Below, in pieces: positions 10,175-21,055 of a DNA stretch of 64,000 nt. The position numbers and the translations under genes are program-made. The stretch's first letter is position 1. Each line of letters begins with the position of its first letter. The stretch lies in the NCBI GenBank assembly GCA_944389525.1, contig CALXMR010000003.1, positions 2,915 through 66,914 of the forward strand, in the 5' to 3' direction. This DNA is from an uncultured Alphaproteobacteria bacterium. Its GTDB lineage: Bacteria; Pseudomonadota; Alphaproteobacteria; Rs-D84. Under the pieces are notes generated by a model that did not search any database, had not been told where the DNA came from, and saw only the letters and a list, made by a program, of their open reading frames with translations.

Positions 10175-13100
10175 ATGGTAATGAAGAAATTTATTCAGGC
10201 GTTTTTATTTGCATTGTTTTTGATTCCGTCAACTGCGTTTGTGGCATCGGCGGCGACTGTGAATAATGAATTTATGGTGGCGGCACAGTTATTGTCGGCG
10301 GCAAAAAATGCCGATATTCAACAGGTCCAGGCACTGATTAACAACGGGGCAAATGTTAACTATGTGGACAGCACGGGGCTGTCGCTGGTCTGTACGGCGC
10401 TGATGAATAATGATTTGCGGGCGGCACAAATTTTACAGATGTATGGGGCAGATGCGTCCCAGTGCGACCGCCAGATAAAACAGTACCAGTCGCGAAATTC
10501 CCCCAATACGGACAGTGGGGGACTGTTCAGCGGACTGTCTTCCGCCCAGAATATTGCATTGGCGGCGGCGGGGGCCGCCGTTGTTGTAGGGGGGCTGTTT
10601 TTGCTGACCGATTGGCTGGATCCGGGAAATGAAAATGACAACGGCGGCAGTGGCAGTGGCGGTAACAGACCCGGCCAGGGTGAAAACGGCGGCGGCAGCA
10701 GTGGGGGCGAAGGTTGGGCCAAGGGCGCGTTGCCGTATGGGCCGGCAATGCCAAATGCCACAGAAGAAAGTGCGAAATATTATACCGAACTGGATTATTA
10801 CAGCCCAGATATCACCGTTGATCCTGATGAGCCCAGTGGTGAAGAGTTAGCGGGTGCCGCCATCAGGCAGGAAGTTTTTGATTTGATGACGGATGCGTAT
10901 AAACAAAATTATCTGTTGATGATGCGTGGGTATTCTGCGCTGGCGCGTGGATATATGGGGCAACGGACATTGCGCCGTACGGATAATGCGCCGTTTTCCA
11001 GTGCGGAATTATCACATTACAATATCGGTGATATTGCCGTGACGGGTGGGCGACCAGTGACAGTTGCGCTGATTACAGAAAATGGTATAAATGCCGCGCC
11101 AAAGCCGGCCGGTGAAGATACGGCGCAAATAAACTCGCTGGATGACGAATTGCTGGGGTGGACAACGACAAATGGTAATAATGGGCTAAGCACGGCGCAG
11201 AACAATATGTTGTCCAGCAAATATTATAACAATGTGGTTCAGCTGGGTACGGGCGAAGCAAACCAGATATCTGGCGCGTACACATACGAAGATGGCAGTT
11301 TGGTAAATAATTTTGATTTGTCAGGATTTGGGACGGCGGTAAACAATACATATGCGACAGATGATGATGACTTGTTGGCGAAAATATTGGGCGGCAGTTT
11401 GTCAGGATTTGGAACGGCGGACTTTATCGGATTTATGCCGAATGGCCAGATGCTGGTCTATCGCACAGGTGGTGGTACAGGGCTGGTGCAATTGAAAGAA
11501 CCATCAAATGCAGGCACATATGTTATGAACAATGAAGAAAGCCTGGCCACTGGGGATACATTGAATTTGTTTGGTAAAACATTAACTGTCACCAGAACTG
11601 GAAATCAAATAACCGCGGTCGCAGATGATGAAACAAAATATACGGGCTATATCGGGGCAGACGGATTACTGTATATCGACAGCGCGGCAGATGGTGTTAT
11701 TAACCAGGCATATCAGATGACGGACAATAATCTGATACTGACCAAAGAAACAGGAAAATTGGATTATTTGAATTACAGTGCGCTGAATGATGCTGCATTG
11801 CGGTTTACATCGGGCGATCTGGCTGGTGGCCGATCCCAGCCGTTTATACTGGCTAATGCGTCTGTGATTGACCCGTTGTATGATCGTGGCGCGGCAACGA
11901 TTAATGATGTGTTGAATTTCAGTACCCAAGAAACGCAACAGGCGGGGTTCGCGCTGTACATAAATCAATACTATAATCAAAACAAGGATGATACGACAAA
12001 TCCGGCATCTGATGCGGCAAAGTTCTTTGGCGGGTTGGGGTCCAGTTATTCGCCGTTGGTGATATTTTCAACCGGTGCGTCAGAAACGGACAGTCTGTAC
12101 AGTGGTGCAAATTTAACCGCGACATTTGAAAATTCTGCGCCGTTGGTTTATGACAATTTGGAACGCCTGTTCATGTCAATTGTGCCGGTAATTCAATCTG
12201 GGAATGGTACCAGTGGTACAGACACGGTCAGTGGATATTCCCAGGAAAATAAATATGTCGTTTCGCAGTGGCAAAATACAAATAATACATCTGATACAAC
12301 GAATGATGATACATATTACAAGGGGCGCGTATGTGGCATCGCGGGTACGGGTGCAAATGGTGTTGATCCATGGTGCTTTGCGGCGGCCGGTGTGACCGAT
12401 GAACAGGCTGTGTCTGCGGCGGCTGGGGCGGCCGGGTCGTTAAAGTCGGCGTTCAGTTATATGACGAACAAGGAAATTTTCACCCTGTTGGCGTTGACGG
12501 CGGACGGCGCGTATTTGGCAACGGATTCCAGTGGTAATGCGTTTTCCGAAGATGGATTGGTTTCGTACTTGCAGTCTATGTACCAGATGCCGAACGAGTA
12601 TGAAATGCGCTGGAAAGTGGGCGGTGAAAATTACCTGGATGTGTTCAAGGAAGTCTTTGGATACGGGGTTATAAATCTGGAACGCGCAACAACGCCGGGT
12701 AAAACAATTTATTTCTTTGACGGCAGTGGTAATATCGTATCTGACAGTGGTAATGCATATTGGCGTGCGGCATCAAATACATTGTTCCGGCCGTCTGCGG
12801 TGTTTGGTTCGGGGACATCAACTATCAGTGCGCCGTTCTATGATGTCCTGGAAAGTTTTGATGGGTCGATGCGTCTGCCGCGTGTGTGGGAAAACGAATT
12901 CGCGCTGGGCGCCACGGGGGAACGCGGACTGTATATGGGCGATGTGTTGGGTGAATTTAAAACGCGTGATACAGAACCCCAGCGGGTCGAGTTTGGTAAC
13001 TTTGGTTTTTCTATGGCTGTGTCTGAAAAGCCGTATGCAGATAATCTGAATGGGCTGGATAATATGCGTTTGGATTATGCGCACGGCGATTGGAATTTTG

Positions 13101-13933
13101 CCGCCGGTTTCCAACGGCACTTTACAGATGGCGCATCGCGATTTGATGGGATGACAAATCCGATATTGGGGCTGGCGTCTAATGCAATTATTACGGATGT
13201 AGCGTATAATTCTGGGGCATGGTCGTTTGGGGCGCGCACATTTTCTGGTGCAATCACAGATGAAACCATGCTGGACAGTGACCCGACATTATCGGCGCAA
13301 TATACGCCGGCACAGTTGGGATTGGTCCAGGGGGCACAATCTGATATCGCATGGAACGGTACGCAGTTTGGATTTACTACATCGGTTGGTATGATGCATG
13401 AAACAAATACATTGTTGGGGGCAATGTCGGGCGGATTGTTGGATATGGGCAATGGCGACACGATGTATGTTGATACGGAATTGCGCTGGGCGCCGACAGA
13501 TTTGCTGGCGTTTAAGTTACGGTCAACATTTGCGCGTACAACGGCGGATGCATCGGGGCAATTTATATTGGGAATGACCGATATTGATTCAAATGCCTTT
13601 GCGTTTGGGGTGGATGCCGGTAATTTCAGTTTTGCTGTTGCGGCACCGTTGGCAATCAGCAGCGGTTCAATACAATATCCACATGCAAATTACCAGGTTG
13701 TGGAAACAGATGATGGGCAGTATGATTTGAATGTGACAGATATGTATGTCGCGGATTTAAATTTGCGCCCTGATACGCGTGAGGTTCGATTTACTGGCAC
13801 ATATCGGCATAATTTTGGCGAATTTACCGATGGGGCGGTTGGGTTTATATATCGGGTAAATCCAAACAATACATCTGAATTTGGCAATGAATCCATATTT
13901 ATGATGAAGTTAACGCATCGGTTGGGAATCTAG
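10175..13933 (+). CDS. Large secreted protein: ankyrin repeats + degenerate subtilase (S8)-like domain + C-terminal beta-barrel-like region
   Basis: AAKNAD..LINNGANVNYVD ankyrin motif; CGIA..WCFAAAG..LLALTAD..FGYGVINLERA matches the subtilase C-terminal signature; beta-rich tail. Confidence 0.7.
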   Translation: MVMKKFIQAFLFALFLIPSTAFVASAATVNNEFMVAAQLLSAAKNADIQQVQALINNGANVNYVDSTGLSLVCTALMNNDLRAAQILQMYGADASQCDRQIKQYQSRNSPNTDSGGLFSGLSSAQNIALAAAGAAVVVGGLFLLTDWLDPGNENDNGGSGSGGNRPGQGENGGGSSGGEGWAKGALPYGPAMPNATEESAKYYTELDYYSPDITVDPDEPSGEELAGAAIRQEVFDLMTDAYKQNYLLMMRGYSALARGYMGQRTLRRTDNAPFSSAELSHYNIGDIAVTGGRPVTVALITENGINAAPKPAGEDTAQINSLDDELLGWTTTNGNNGLSTAQNNMLSSKYYNNVVQLGTGEANQISGAYTYEDGSLVNNFDLSGFGTAVNNTYATDDDDLLAKILGGSLSGFGTADFIGFMPNGQMLVYRTGGGTGLVQLKEPSNAGTYVMNNEESLATGDTLNLFGKTLTVTRTGNQITAVADDETKYTGYIGADGLLYIDSAADGVINQAYQMTDNNLILTKETGKLDYLNYSALNDAALRFTSGDLAGGRSQPFILANASVIDPLYDRGAATINDVLNFSTQETQQAGFALYINQYYNQNKDDTTNPASDAAKFFGGLGSSYSPLVIFSTGASETDSLYSGANLTATFENSAPLVYDNLERLFMSIVPVIQSGNGTSGTDTVSGYSQENKYVVSQWQNTNNTSDTTNDDTYYKGRVCGIAGTGANGVDPWCFAAAGVTDEQAVSAAAGAAGSLKSAFSYMTNKEIFTLLALTADGAYLATDSSGNAFSEDGLVSYLQSMYQMPNEYEMRWKVGGENYLDVFKEVFGYGVINLERATTPGKTIYFFDGSGNIVSDSGNAYWRAASNTLFRPSAVFGSGTSTISAPFYDVLESFDGSMRLPRVWENEFALGATGERGLYMGDVLGEFKTRDTEPQRVEFGNFGFSMAVSEKPYADNLNGLDNMRLDYAHGDWNFAAGFQRHFTDGASRFDGMTNPILGLASNAIITDVAYNSGAWSFGARTFSGAITDETMLDSDPTLSAQYTPAQLGLVQGAQSDIAWNGTQFGFTTSVGMMHETNTLLGAMSGGLLDMGNGDTMYVDTELRWAPTDLLAFKLRSTFARTTADASGQFILGMTDIDSNAFAFGVDAGNFSFAVAAPLAISSGSIQYPHANYQVVETDDGQYDLNVTDMYVADLNLRPDTREVRFTGTYRHNFGEFTDGAVGFIYRVNPNNTSEFGNESIFMMKLTHRLGI

Positions 13934-14062
13934 AATAATCGTCCGGCAAAACGGCCCAGCAATTCGAATTTGCGCGGGTCGTTTTTTGTGATTTATTTCT
14001 GCTTGACGAAAAGTTTTTTTGGTATACAATTTTTTTGAGACAAGATAAAAAAGGACATTATA

Positions 14063-14473
14063 ATGAATTTGTATAAAGCAGTGGAGATTGTGAAAGATTT
14101 TTTTACCCCGCGGGGAAAATCTTTTGATGAAAATGCAAAACAAGATGCGTTGTTGTTATCGCAAATTGCATCCCATGCCCAGTTTATCCGTGCACGTAAC
14201 GGGGTTACTTATTTTTATTTTTTCCCAACTTATGATCGGGATTTGCCAGTGGCCCAGTTTTTGTTTCGCAGAAATGGTATAAAGGTCAGATTTCACAACA
14301 GTTCATTCTTTTACGATAAACGACCGGCATTGCGTGCGTTGCGTAGCGACATTGTAAGAGACGAAGGACGGCGTGCGTTTGTTGAGTCTGTTAAACCAAT
14401 GGATTATAATGCAGAGTATGAACAGAAGATGAACGAAGTCCGTGGATATACCACACCAGTAAAGACGCGTTAA
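14063..14473 (+). CDS. Hypothetical protein
   Basis: RBS AAGGA, upstream TTGACG..TACAAT, ends at a terminator. Confidence 0.65.
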   Translation: MNLYKAVEIVKDFFTPRGKSFDENAKQDALLLSQIASHAQFIRARNGVTYFYFFPTYDRDLPVAQFLFRRNGIKVRFHNSSFFYDKRPALRALRSDIVRDEGRRAFVESVKPMDYNAEYEQKMNEVRGYTTPVKTR

Positions 14474-14499
14474 AAAAAAAGCCCCCATCGGGGGCATTT

Positions 14500-15048
14500 T
14501 TATTTGGATACAACAACCATTGCGGTGCGTAATACTGTATCGCCAAACATGTATCCGGGTTGTAATTCTTCGATAATTGTGTTTGGTTCTGGGGCAGGGG
14601 TTGCGTCCGCAGGGGCGGGGACAACCTGGACCGCGTTATGAAAGATTGGATTTAATTTTTGGCCAAGTGATTCTATTCTTGTAATGCCAATTTGGGCAAA
14701 TGCACCGTCCATTGCCATTGCCATAGATTGTATCCCTGCATCATCAGGGTTATGTTTTTGCGCGGCATCAATTGCATCCATCACGGGCAAGAATTTCTTT
14801 GCAATTGCCATTGACCGATTGCGTGCGGCAGATTCAATATCCAGTGCCGCGCGCCGGCGTGTGTTTTCCAATTCTGCGGCCGTGCGTAGATATTTATCGG
14901 TTATTTCAGTCAATTGCGCAGTCAGTTTTTCGATTTCTTCACCCGGGTCTGGGGTGACACCTGGGGCCAGGGTGGGTGCAGTATCTGTTTTTTCTGGTGC
15001 GTCATTTATTGAAACAGTATCTATTTTTACAGATTTTTTATCATCCAT
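14500..15048 (-). CDS. grpE: Nucleotide exchange factor GrpE
   Basis: YLRTAAELENTRRR, FLPVMD, HNAV, LQPGYMFGDTVLRTAMVVVSK. Confidence 0.95.
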   Translation of the reverse strand: MDDKKSVKIDTVSINDAPEKTDTAPTLAPGVTPDPGEEIEKLTAQLTEITDKYLRTAAELENTRRRAALDIESAARNRSMAIAKKFLPVMDAIDAAQKHNPDDAGIQSMAMAMDGAFAQIGITRIESLGQKLNPIFHNAVQVVPAPADATPAPEPNTIIEELQPGYMFGDTVLRTAMVVVSK

Positions 15049-15111
15049 GTCTGAATACCTATGTTAGTTTATTGGGGGTGGCGGATATGCACCCCCGTTT
15101 GTACTATATAT

Positions 15112-15816
15112 TTATTTAACACTGGTTATTATAGGTATGAAGTCATCCGGTTTCAAGGATGCGCCGCCAACCAATACACCGTCTACATTTGGAATAGACA
15201 TAATTTGCGCGGCGTTTGTACCCTTGACACTGGCGCCATACAGCACCGGTGTGTCGCCCAGTCCCATCGATGTCAATGTGTCCGCAATCAGTTTGTGGGC
15301 ATCGGCGATTTCGCTGTCCGTTGGGGTCAGACCCGCGCCAATCGCCCAGCGTGGTTCGTATGCAACAATCACATTATTATTTGCATCGTTCGGAACAGAT
15401 TCCCGCACGCCTGATTCTATAATCGCCATTGTTTTTCCGGCCTGTTTTTCGTCCATCGTTTCGCCAACACAAATGATAGGGGTCAGCCCCGCCGCAATTA
15501 CAGCCGCGGCCTTGGCCCGGACGATATCGTTTGTTTCGCCGTGGTATTGGCGGCGTTCGCTGTGCCCGACAATTACATATTTTGCGCCAGTCGCCGCAAT
15601 CATATTGGCCGAAACTTCACCAGTGTATGCACCGTGATCGTGTGCGCTGGCATCTTGGGCACCGATGGCAACGCGCCCGCCATCAACCCCCAGCATAGTA
15701 TACGGTACGCACAAGATAACAGTGTTTTTTGAATCAATATCTTGCAATGCGGTCACCATGTGAACCAGACTGTCGCGTGAACCGTTCATTTTCCAATTTC
15801 CGGCAATAATTTTCAT
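15112..15816 (-). CDS. tpiA: Triosephosphate isomerase
   Basis: IAGNWKMNG, GHSERR, AYEPRWAIG, GVLVGGASL. True start at MKIIAG (15816). Confidence 0.97.
   Translation of the reverse strand: MKIIAGNWKMNGSRDSLVHMVTALQDIDSKNTVILCVPYTMLGVDGGRVAIGAQDASAHDHGAYTGEVSANMIAATGAKYVIVGHSERRQYHGETNDIVRAKAAAVIAAGLTPIICVGETMDEKQAGKTMAIIESGVRESVPNDANNNVIVAYEPRWAIGAGLTPTDSEIADAHKLIADTLTSMGLGDTPVLYGASVKGTNAAQIMSIPNVDGVLVGGASLKPDDFIPIITSVK
15128..15157 (-). promoter_or_regulatory. Putative RpoH-type promoter for grpE inside the tpiA 3' end
   Basis: Minus strand CTTGAA...CCTATAAT (CTTG-N18-CCTATA). Confidence 0.5.
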
Positions 15817-15884
15817 ACATTTTCCCCTTTTTTTCGTTGATTTTCTTGATATCGTTTTGCTATGGTATCGCAAAAGGGGATTAA

Positions 15885-17297
15885 ATGCTAGAATATTTAC
15901 GCAATGCGGCGGATAAACCGTTGGCAAAGATTTTAATTGGTATATTGGCGTTTTCTTTTGTTGGGTGGGGTGTTGCCGAATGGATTTTTGGTGGCACGGC
16001 CAGTGATACAACATTGGTAAATGTCGGTCGGTCGGATGTAACAATCCAAGAATTTAGCCTGGAAAAAACACGCCAGTTGTCGGCCATGACACGGAACCAG
16101 CAACGCGAAACATATTCTGATGCGGCGCGTATGGGGGCGTTGGATCAACAGGTGTTGGGCGCATTGGCAACCCAGGCGATGGTTGAAAATCGTGCGGCGG
16201 ATATGGGGTTTGTTGTTTCAGATGCCCAGGTTGCCCGCGAAATCAGCCTGTTTCCAGAATTTCAAATGAATGGCCAGTTTTCGACATTCTTGTTCGATAC
16301 TGTCCTGGCCAACAGTGGTTATAGCGAGGCGGCATTCGCAGATGTCTTGCGCCGCCAGATATTGCGCGGTTATGTTTTGGCGCCGGTGTCTGTGCCAGTA
16401 CAGTTGCCAGAATTTGCCGTGCGCGCCGCATATGATGCACGGTATGCAACACGCCAGATTGAATATTCAACGATAAAATATTCTGATTTTGATGTTGCAA
16501 ACCCCAGCGCAGAAGAATTACAGGCGTTCTATGAACAAAATCCGCATACCGTTCCAGAACAACGAACGGTGTCATATGTGTTGGTTCCGGCCGATATGGA
16601 CAAGCCTGATGATTATGATGCGGCGTATCAAAATGCCATCTTGGTCGAAGATGATATTATCGCCGGTGAATCTATGTCTGATACCGCGAAAAAGCATGAT
16701 GCAAAATTTGTTGAATTGGGGACTTTTGATGCAGCGCATCGACCAGTGGATGTTATTCTGACAGATGCGATGATGAATAATATTTTTGATATGGAAGAGG
16801 GCACAGAAAGTGAACTGATTGAAACAAAACAGGGCTTTGTTATCGTTCGCGTTGAACGCGTTATTCCTGAACATAACGCGGAATTTGAATCAATCAAAGA
16901 TGAACTGGTTACCGCGTGGCGGCGCGCGCAACAGCGTAAACAGGCATATGTTCGTGCAAATGAAATCTTGGTCGATTTGAACAACGGCACAGATATGACA
17001 AATGCGCGTGCGGCGACTGTGTCGCGGGCCAATGGCGCGCCAGTGGATGTTTTGGCGGCGGCATTTAATTCGGAAATTGGATCAAGTTCAATTGTTGATG
17101 GTGCAGATGCGTTCTATGTATTGCATATCGAAAAAGAAGTTATGCCAGAGGCGGATGATAAAAAAATGGCAGACATTCGAACAGAGTTGGAAAATTTATC
17201 TGCCCAGCAAATTACAGATGATTATAACGCATTTCTAAAGCGCCAATATCCCATAGAGATAAACGATAAAGTGTATAATCGTTTCTTTGCAAAGTAA
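15885..17297 (+). CDS. ppiD: PpiD/SurA-N-domain periplasmic chaperone (peptidylprolyl isomerase-like)
   Basis: MLEYLR..ILIGILAFSFVGWGV N-anchor, SurA_N-like region, degenerate parvulin region; divergent from tpiA as in other alphaproteobacteria. Confidence 0.8.
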   Translation: MLEYLRNAADKPLAKILIGILAFSFVGWGVAEWIFGGTASDTTLVNVGRSDVTIQEFSLEKTRQLSAMTRNQQRETYSDAARMGALDQQVLGALATQAMVENRAADMGFVVSDAQVAREISLFPEFQMNGQFSTFLFDTVLANSGYSEAAFADVLRRQILRGYVLAPVSVPVQLPEFAVRAAYDARYATRQIEYSTIKYSDFDVANPSAEELQAFYEQNPHTVPEQRTVSYVLVPADMDKPDDYDAAYQNAILVEDDIIAGESMSDTAKKHDAKFVELGTFDAAHRPVDVILTDAMMNNIFDMEEGTESELIETKQGFVIVRVERVIPEHNAEFESIKDELVTAWRRAQQRKQAYVRANEILVDLNNGTDMTNARAATVSRANGAPVDVLAAAFNSEIGSSSIVDGADAFYVLHIEKEVMPEADDKKMADIRTELENLSAQQITDDYNAFLKRQYPIEINDKVYNRFFAK

Positions 17298-17323
17298 AAA
17301 AAACGGGGCATACGCCCCGTTTT

Positions 17324-18562
17324 TTATGACAGTTTGTGTATTACCAAACCACTGCGCAGTTTTGGTTCAAACCATGTTGTTTTGGGTGGCATGATATTGC
17401 CAGTGTCGGCAATGTCAATAATTTGTTGCATTGTAACAGGGTACATTGCAAATGCCGCCACCATTTCACCAGAATCAACGCGTTTTTGTAACTCGCCCAG
17501 ACCGCGTATCCCACCAACAAAATCAATCCGTTTACTGGTGCGCAGGTCACCCAAGTTTAATATTTTATCAAACACCAGGTTAGACAGCACTGTCACATCC
17601 AATACACCAATTGGGTCGCTGTCGTTGTATGTGCCAGGTTTTGCCGTCAGTGAATACCACCGACCATTCAGGTACATTCCAAAGTTATGCAACTGATTCG
17701 GTTTGTAAATATCTGGTCCCATGTCAACAACATCAAACGATTCGCGCAATTTTTCCAAGAACTGGCCTGGGGTTAATCCATTCAGGTCGCGCACCACACG
17801 GTTATAGTCGATTACGTGCAGTTGGCTGGCCGGGAAAATTACCGCCAAGAAATAGTTGTATTCTTCATCGCCAGTGTGATTGGGATTTTGTTCGCGTTTT
17901 TCGGCACCAACACGCGCCGCCGCCGCAGTTCTGTGGTGGCCATCGGCAACATACAGTGCCGGGATATCACGAAAGATTTCTGTTATGCGATTGATAATAT
18001 TATCGTCATCGATTTTCCAGAATGTGTGTCCAAACCCATCGGGCGCAACAAAATCGTATTCAGGGTCGTGTGATGCGACATATTCGGATATAATTTTGTT
18101 CATTTCATCCACATCTGGATACGCAAAGAATACTGGTTCCAAATTTGCGTTTTGGATACGCACATGAATCATGCGGTCGTCTTCTTTATCCTTGCGTGTT
18201 AATTCATGCTTTTTGATTTTTCCGGTCATATAGTCATCTACATTTGCCGCCGCCACCAGGCCATATTGTGTGCGACCGTTCATTGTTTGGGCGTAAATAT
18301 AGTACATTTCTTTTTCGTCCGGAACCAGCCAGCCGCGTTCTTGCCATTTTTGAAAGTTTTCAACGGCCCGGTCGTATACTGGTTGGGAATGTTCATCGGC
18401 AATCGGGTCAAAATCGATTTCTGGTTTAATGATATGCAACAGTGATTTTTCACCGGCCTCGTTCTTAGCCTCGACAGAATTCAAGACATCGTATGGGCGG
18501 GATGCGACCTGGTCTGCGATTTCACGCGGTGGGCGAATGCCGGCAAATGGTTTAATTTTCAT
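17324..18562 (-). CDS. DUF1015 family protein
   Basis: IKPF.GIRP, IKKHELTR, YVADGHHRTAAA, MPPKTTWFEPKLRSGL. Confidence 0.92.
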   Translation of the reverse strand: MKIKPFAGIRPPREIADQVASRPYDVLNSVEAKNEAGEKSLLHIIKPEIDFDPIADEHSQPVYDRAVENFQKWQERGWLVPDEKEMYYIYAQTMNGRTQYGLVAAANVDDYMTGKIKKHELTRKDKEDDRMIHVRIQNANLEPVFFAYPDVDEMNKIISEYVASHDPEYDFVAPDGFGHTFWKIDDDNIINRITEIFRDIPALYVADGHHRTAAAARVGAEKREQNPNHTGDEEYNYFLAVIFPASQLHVIDYNRVVRDLNGLTPGQFLEKLRESFDVVDMGPDIYKPNQLHNFGMYLNGRWYSLTAKPGTYNDSDPIGVLDVTVLSNLVFDKILNLGDLRTSKRIDFVGGIRGLGELQKRVDSGEMVAAFAMYPVTMQQIIDIADTGNIMPPKTTWFEPKLRSGLVIHKLS

Positions 18563-18638
18563 GATATTCCCCTTTTGGTTATATATGCGAAATTATATCA
18601 CATAAAATAAAAAGGCAAATGGGGACCGAAAAATATTT

Positions 18639-19742
18639 TTACCGATTTGTTGGTGCGCCGTTTATCTGGACTGGGATGATAGTTTCTGCGCGTACGGTAT
18701 CCAGTGGGTGTGATTGGAATGCGATATTTGCAAAATCAATCTTGTTCAAATCAATCGAACGCAATGTGCGGTTATACATCGTGTTATAGTACACAACCTT
18801 GTCATGCATGTCGGTGGCAATCGTCCATTGGGTTGCCGATGGCATATTAACTGGTGCGCGGCCAGGCGCGTATTCTGTCCCCAGTGGCACATCAAAATTA
18901 TTCAATATATGAAACGCCTGCATTGCCGAATCGTATGAAGTGTCTTGTTGAATAGAATAGTTCTGTAAAAATGCCGCGCGAACGAATCGCGATGGTGGTG
19001 TAAAATCGCCTGGCAATCCCAAAAATCCAGATCCTGCGCCAAATGCGCGCAGCGTGATTGGCCCAAATTGAACCGGGCCGGCGGTGCCGGGAATCAAATT
19101 GACATAGTTATTCAGATTTCGCAATTGCCATGGATAATCTGGCGAATTGGTCAGCACGCCCAGTTTGCTGTCATATACATTGGCGCGACCGTTTGTGATT
19201 TCGATTATAATCTGGGCACCAGATGCATCTGTCACGCGCCAGTGCGCCGTTGATGCGCGTGGGTCGATACTGGTAACACGAATGTTGTTGATTGCGGCGC
19301 GTACTTGGTCCACCGTAGAAAAACGAGACAGTATCCACGACACCAATTGAAAGTCAGAAATTGTTCGGGCGGCATCGGACGGATTGTATTCTGGATATTG
19401 GCCATAGCCGGGGAAATAAAACAATCCTGCGGACAGGCCGGCTTCGTTCATGCCGTCAACCACCCATCCTGGTTGCACCACTGCCAATCCGACATAGCCA
19501 TACATGCTGGAAAAAGTCAGGCCACCTGTATCACCATTGGGCAGCATTGATTGCTGGATATATCCGCGTGGGACGATGGTGTACATGTTTTCCATTTCTG
19601 ATTCGCCCCATTCAATGGTGCGGGCGGTGACAACGCCGTTGTCTTTGGATTTCAGGGTTATGCCTGTACAGGCGTATGCCCCGTTGGCGCACACGATGCC
19701 GATTAACGCGGCCAGTGCGGAAAATTTTTTTCTGCTCTCCAT
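18639..19742 (-). CDS. Choloylglycine hydrolase / penicillin V acylase family (Ntn hydrolase) with signal peptide
   Basis: Signal peptide then catalytic N-terminal Cys (CTGITL), ART, DGMNEAGLS, VLTNSP, GLPGDFTPPSRFVRA. Confidence 0.92.
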   Translation of the reverse strand: MESRKKFSALAALIGIVCANGAYACTGITLKSKDNGVVTARTIEWGESEMENMYTIVPRGYIQQSMLPNGDTGGLTFSSMYGYVGLAVVQPGWVVDGMNEAGLSAGLFYFPGYGQYPEYNPSDAARTISDFQLVSWILSRFSTVDQVRAAINNIRVTSIDPRASTAHWRVTDASGAQIIIEITNGRANVYDSKLGVLTNSPDYPWQLRNLNNYVNLIPGTAGPVQFGPITLRAFGAGSGFLGLPGDFTPPSRFVRAAFLQNYSIQQDTSYDSAMQAFHILNNFDVPLGTEYAPGRAPVNMPSATQWTIATDMHDKVVYYNTMYNRTLRSIDLNKIDFANIAFQSHPLDTVRAETIIPVQINGAPTNR

Positions 19743-19815
19743 GTCTGTATTGTGGTGCATTTGTTTGACTTTTACCACAGGAAAGATATCGGGTCCGCGC
19801 CCTAAGATGAATGTG

Positions 19816-20574
19816 CTAGAACAATGCTTTTAGTCCGACAGATAAACTGTGTATATAAAAGCCTCCCGCCACCCAGAATCTATCATCGGATCCGATATCG
19901 GTGTAATACGAATATTCTGTGTACAGATTCAGCCAATCAAATGTCCGGAATTCCAATCCGACACCAACTTTTGTCCATGTTGATGCTTGGGAACTTTCAT
20001 ATCCAAAATCTAGTCTGGAAATAGTATCAGATGCCTGGTATTCAGAAAGCAGCAGTGCTGCGGTGGCATATGCATTGAACCGTTTATAGATATTATAGCC
20101 CAGATTATATGACACTGTATATGCCATTGCGTCAAAAGTCATAGTTTTATCATACAGGGCAAACCGTGTTGCCAGGTTGTTAAACTTTGCAATTCCTAGT
20201 TCTATATCTTGGAACCATGAACCTGGCTTTGATATTCTGATGCCAAATCCGGCGGAATAGCCTGTATCTGTATCAAATGTGTTTGTTTGATATTTTGGCT
20301 GGTCCCAGTTCATATATGAAGATGAAATGGTGTATGATTTAATTGCCTGGCGGTTCATTGGGCTGATGCCCACACGCAACAGTATTCGTATGTCGGTATC
20401 AACAAAATCCGAAGCGATGTCGGCGTTTGCATTATTTTCAGAATAGTGAATAGTGTTATCGCATTCATATTCAACCAGGTTAAAGTCTTCATCAAAATCC
20501 ATACAGGTTCCTGCTTGCACCAAACCGGGCGCAAGCAGCCCCAGACATACCACAGGGATTTTTATTTTGTTCAT
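19816..20574 (-). CDS. Outer-membrane beta-barrel protein
   Basis: Signal peptide, VGVGLEF..LYTEYSY, C-terminal VGLKALF. Confidence 0.7.
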   Translation of the reverse strand: MNKIKIPVVCLGLLAPGLVQAGTCMDFDEDFNLVEYECDNTIHYSENNANADIASDFVDTDIRILLRVGISPMNRQAIKSYTISSSYMNWDQPKYQTNTFDTDTGYSAGFGIRISKPGSWFQDIELGIAKFNNLATRFALYDKTMTFDAMAYTVSYNLGYNIYKRFNAYATAALLLSEYQASDTISRLDFGYESSQASTWTKVGVGLEFRTFDWLNLYTEYSYYTDIGSDDRFWVAGGFYIHSLSVGLKALF

Positions 20575-20599
20575 TACAAAATATCCTTTCTGTCCATTA

Positions 20600-21055
20600 T
20601 TATTTGGCCGATGTTGCTTTGTCTTTTATAGATGTGATGGAACCAGCATAACCGCTGACAATGACATGGGTTGTGCCATATAAACATCTGTTTTTAAAAC
20701 ACAACAGACCTTGTTGTGCGACCGTATATTGCGGTGCAACGATAATGTCTGCATTAGATTTGCTCATAGCATCGTATAATGCGCCGGCCACACACTCATC
20801 TGGTGCGATGTTACCATCGTTTGTTTGCAATTCTGGACCATATGTTTGGCGCACCGGTGTGCTGTTGAATGCCCATAACACAGAAGTACATTTTGCACTG
20901 CCTGATATTTTGTTTTGTGCGTCAATGTTCACATTTACCTGTTTTGGGGCAAATTCAATTTCTGGATTTGTAAAGTTCATACCCATTTTTCCATTATGGT
21001 ATGTCGTACAACCAGTTAATGCCAATATGCCGGCCAAGATTGCGTATTTTTTCAT
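20600..21055 (-). CDS. Lipoprotein of unknown function
   Basis: Lipobox LTGC; A.YDA....ADII..PQY..V.G pattern. Confidence 0.75.
   Translation of the reverse strand: MKKYAILAGILALTGCTTYHNGKMGMNFTNPEIEFAPKQVNVNIDAQNKISGSAKCTSVLWAFNSTPVRQTYGPELQTNDGNIAPDECVAGALYDAMSKSNADIIVAPQYTVAQQGLLCFKNRCLYGTTHVIVSGYAGSITSIKDKATSAK

Noticed and set aside
15817-16044. N-terminal extension of TpiA in the ORF track
   Set aside because: It overlaps divergent ppiD; the real start is MKIIAGNWK at 15816.
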